Source of the DNA: Octopus sinensis
Taxonomy: Eukaryota
DNA length: 64,000 nucleotides
Assembly (NCBI RefSeq): GCF_006345805.1
Contig: NC_042999.1
Location: forward strand, 36,890,001-36,954,000
Direction: 5' to 3'
The notes beneath the pieces were generated by a model. That model was not told where the DNA came from. It made no database searches and was given only the letters and a program-made list of their open reading frames with translations. The translations under genes were made by a program, and so were the position numbers. Below are positions 62,519-64,000 of this stretch, piece by piece; position 1 is the stretch's first letter; every line of letters begins with the position of its first letter.

Positions 62519-63651
62519 TATATATTTTAATAATTAATGGTATCTTTATATATTATATATATGTAAAGCATGTTATATATGTATATATATTGTGGTAATT
62601 GTCATTTTAGTAAATTTAGACATAATATTATGTCTAAAAGTTGATGAATACCACCTATTGATCCCCTTCCTTTTCTTATTGCTCTATAAATTAATGGTAA
62701 AATAACTTTTTACCCTCACCCATTTAGTACACTCGGTAATGTAATTTCAATGCAATAAAAAAACACTTGTGTATTAATAATTGGGTATTCTACCAGCAGT
62801 ATATTGGATAAATATTATCCCTTAGTTGGTTGGATTCACAACCTCTAACTTTCTTGGAATATATATATATATGTCGATCGCTATGTATATGTGTGAATAT
62901 ATATAGATATGTGTATATCTATCTATCTATCTATCTATATATATATATATGTAAATTCCAAAAGAGTTAGAGGTTGTTAATTCAACCAACTAAGGGATAA
63001 TATCTATCCAATATACTGCTGGTAGAAAACCCAATTATTAATACACAAGTGTTTTTTTTATTTGCATGGCAACTACACTACTGAATGTAATAAATGGGTG
63101 AGAGTAAAAAAGTTTTTTACCCTTAATTTATGTAGCAATAAGAAATTAGAGGGGATTATCAGGTATTATGTCTTTTTTAAAAAGATCATTATAACAATAT
63201 ATATATACATGTATAGCATAATATGCTTTACATATGCAATATATAAAAATAGCAGTAATTATTAAAATATATAATGTTACATTATATATTTTAATAATTA
63301 CTGGTATTTTTATATATTGTATATATAAAGCATATTATGGTATACATGTATGTATCATCATCATCGTTTAACGTCTGCTTTCCATGCTAGCATGGGTTCG
63401 ACGATTTGACTGACTGGTGAACCAGATGGCTGCACCAGGCTCCAATCTTGATCTGGCAGAGTTTCTACAGCTGGATGCCCTTCCTAATGCCAACCACTCC
63501 AAAATTTTGGGGGTGCTTTTACGTGCCACTGGCATGAGGGCCAGTCAGGTAGTATTGGCAACAGCCACGCCCAAATGGTATTTTAAAAAATAGACATAAT
63601 GTCTAAAAGATGATGAATACTACCTCTTGATCCCCACCATTTTCTTATTGC

Positions 63652-63652
<1 letters not shown>
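62519..63652. repeat. Inverted triplication (forward-reverse-forward) of a ~330-bp AT-rich unit
   Basis: Unit 1 at 62519-62860, inverted unit 2 at 62955-63277, partial unit 3 at 63279-63355 plus about 63584-63652. Confidence 0.8.
63355..63583 (-). mobile_element. RTE 3' end inserted into triplication unit 3
   Basis: Starts (CAT)nCGTTTAACGTC, same family as 11156-11475. Confidence 0.8.
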
Positions 63653-63691
<39 letters not shown>

Positions 63692-63702
63692 CATATATAT
63701 AT

Positions 63703-64000
63703 ATCACCTTGACCGACCAGTCCGTCGGGCGTCCATTTGACACCACTGGTCACAGCATGCTGTCCACTTCTCTCTGGATCACGCCTTCTTCATCCATGTG
63801 ATCGCAATTGCTCTCCTAAAATCGTAACTCCAGCATTGTGGAGGTCTTCCGAGTGGTCGTTTCTGCTCGCTCAGGTACCACTCGATAACTGCATGGGTCC
63901 ACCGATTATCGGTGAGCCGGGCGACGTGTCCAGCCCATCTAAACTTGCTGCGTGTATATTCTACAATGACATCCCTCACGCTGGACTTCTCTCTGATGAC
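63703..64000 (-). mobile_element. RTE LINE 3' end (runs off the window), same family as the 28.4-kb insertion
   Basis: RDVIVEYTRSKFRWAGHVARLTDNRWT...RPLGRPPQCW, tail GGTCAAGGTGAT(AT)n. Confidence 0.9.

Noticed and set aside
53990-62598. Many 60-180 aa ORFs rich in Y/I/M/C/V/H
   Set aside because: They are translations of (TA)n, (TG)n and (TATG)n tracts. The same applies to those at 29.5-30, 43.6 and 45.3 kb.

Overview
Eukaryotic, AT-rich, repeat- and microsatellite-dense DNA. The SINE/RTE/Penelope repertoire suggests an octopod cephalopod (inference). The only recognisable host gene is the 3' part of an SLC12A9-like cation-chloride cotransporter on the + strand: 9 coding exons from 4019 to the stop at 23268, all introns GT-AG, with the N-terminal exons upstream of the window. 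The second exon carries an apparent 1-nt frameshift. The rest is transposon-derived or low complexity: a dead full-length mariner, TIR MITEs, non-autonomous Helitrons, RTE, L1/Tx1, RLE-type and Penelope-like fragments, and many tRNA-derived SINEs with shuffled heads and tails. The most notable structures are an RTE insertion with a twin-priming-type 5' inversion and an 11-bp TSD (28.4-28.9 kb), three minimal hammerhead-ribozyme motifs, and an inverted triplication with a 155-bp near-perfect palindrome (62.5-63.7 kb). A tail-to-tail RTE hairpin lies inside an SLC12A9 intron, and a 1.5-kb near-identical tandem duplication just after the stop may be an assembly artefact. I found no complete novel protein-coding system. 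Repeat boundaries are approximate; exon, TIR, TSD and hairpin coordinates were counted by hand. SINE family letters (A, B, C, F, G) are my own working labels.
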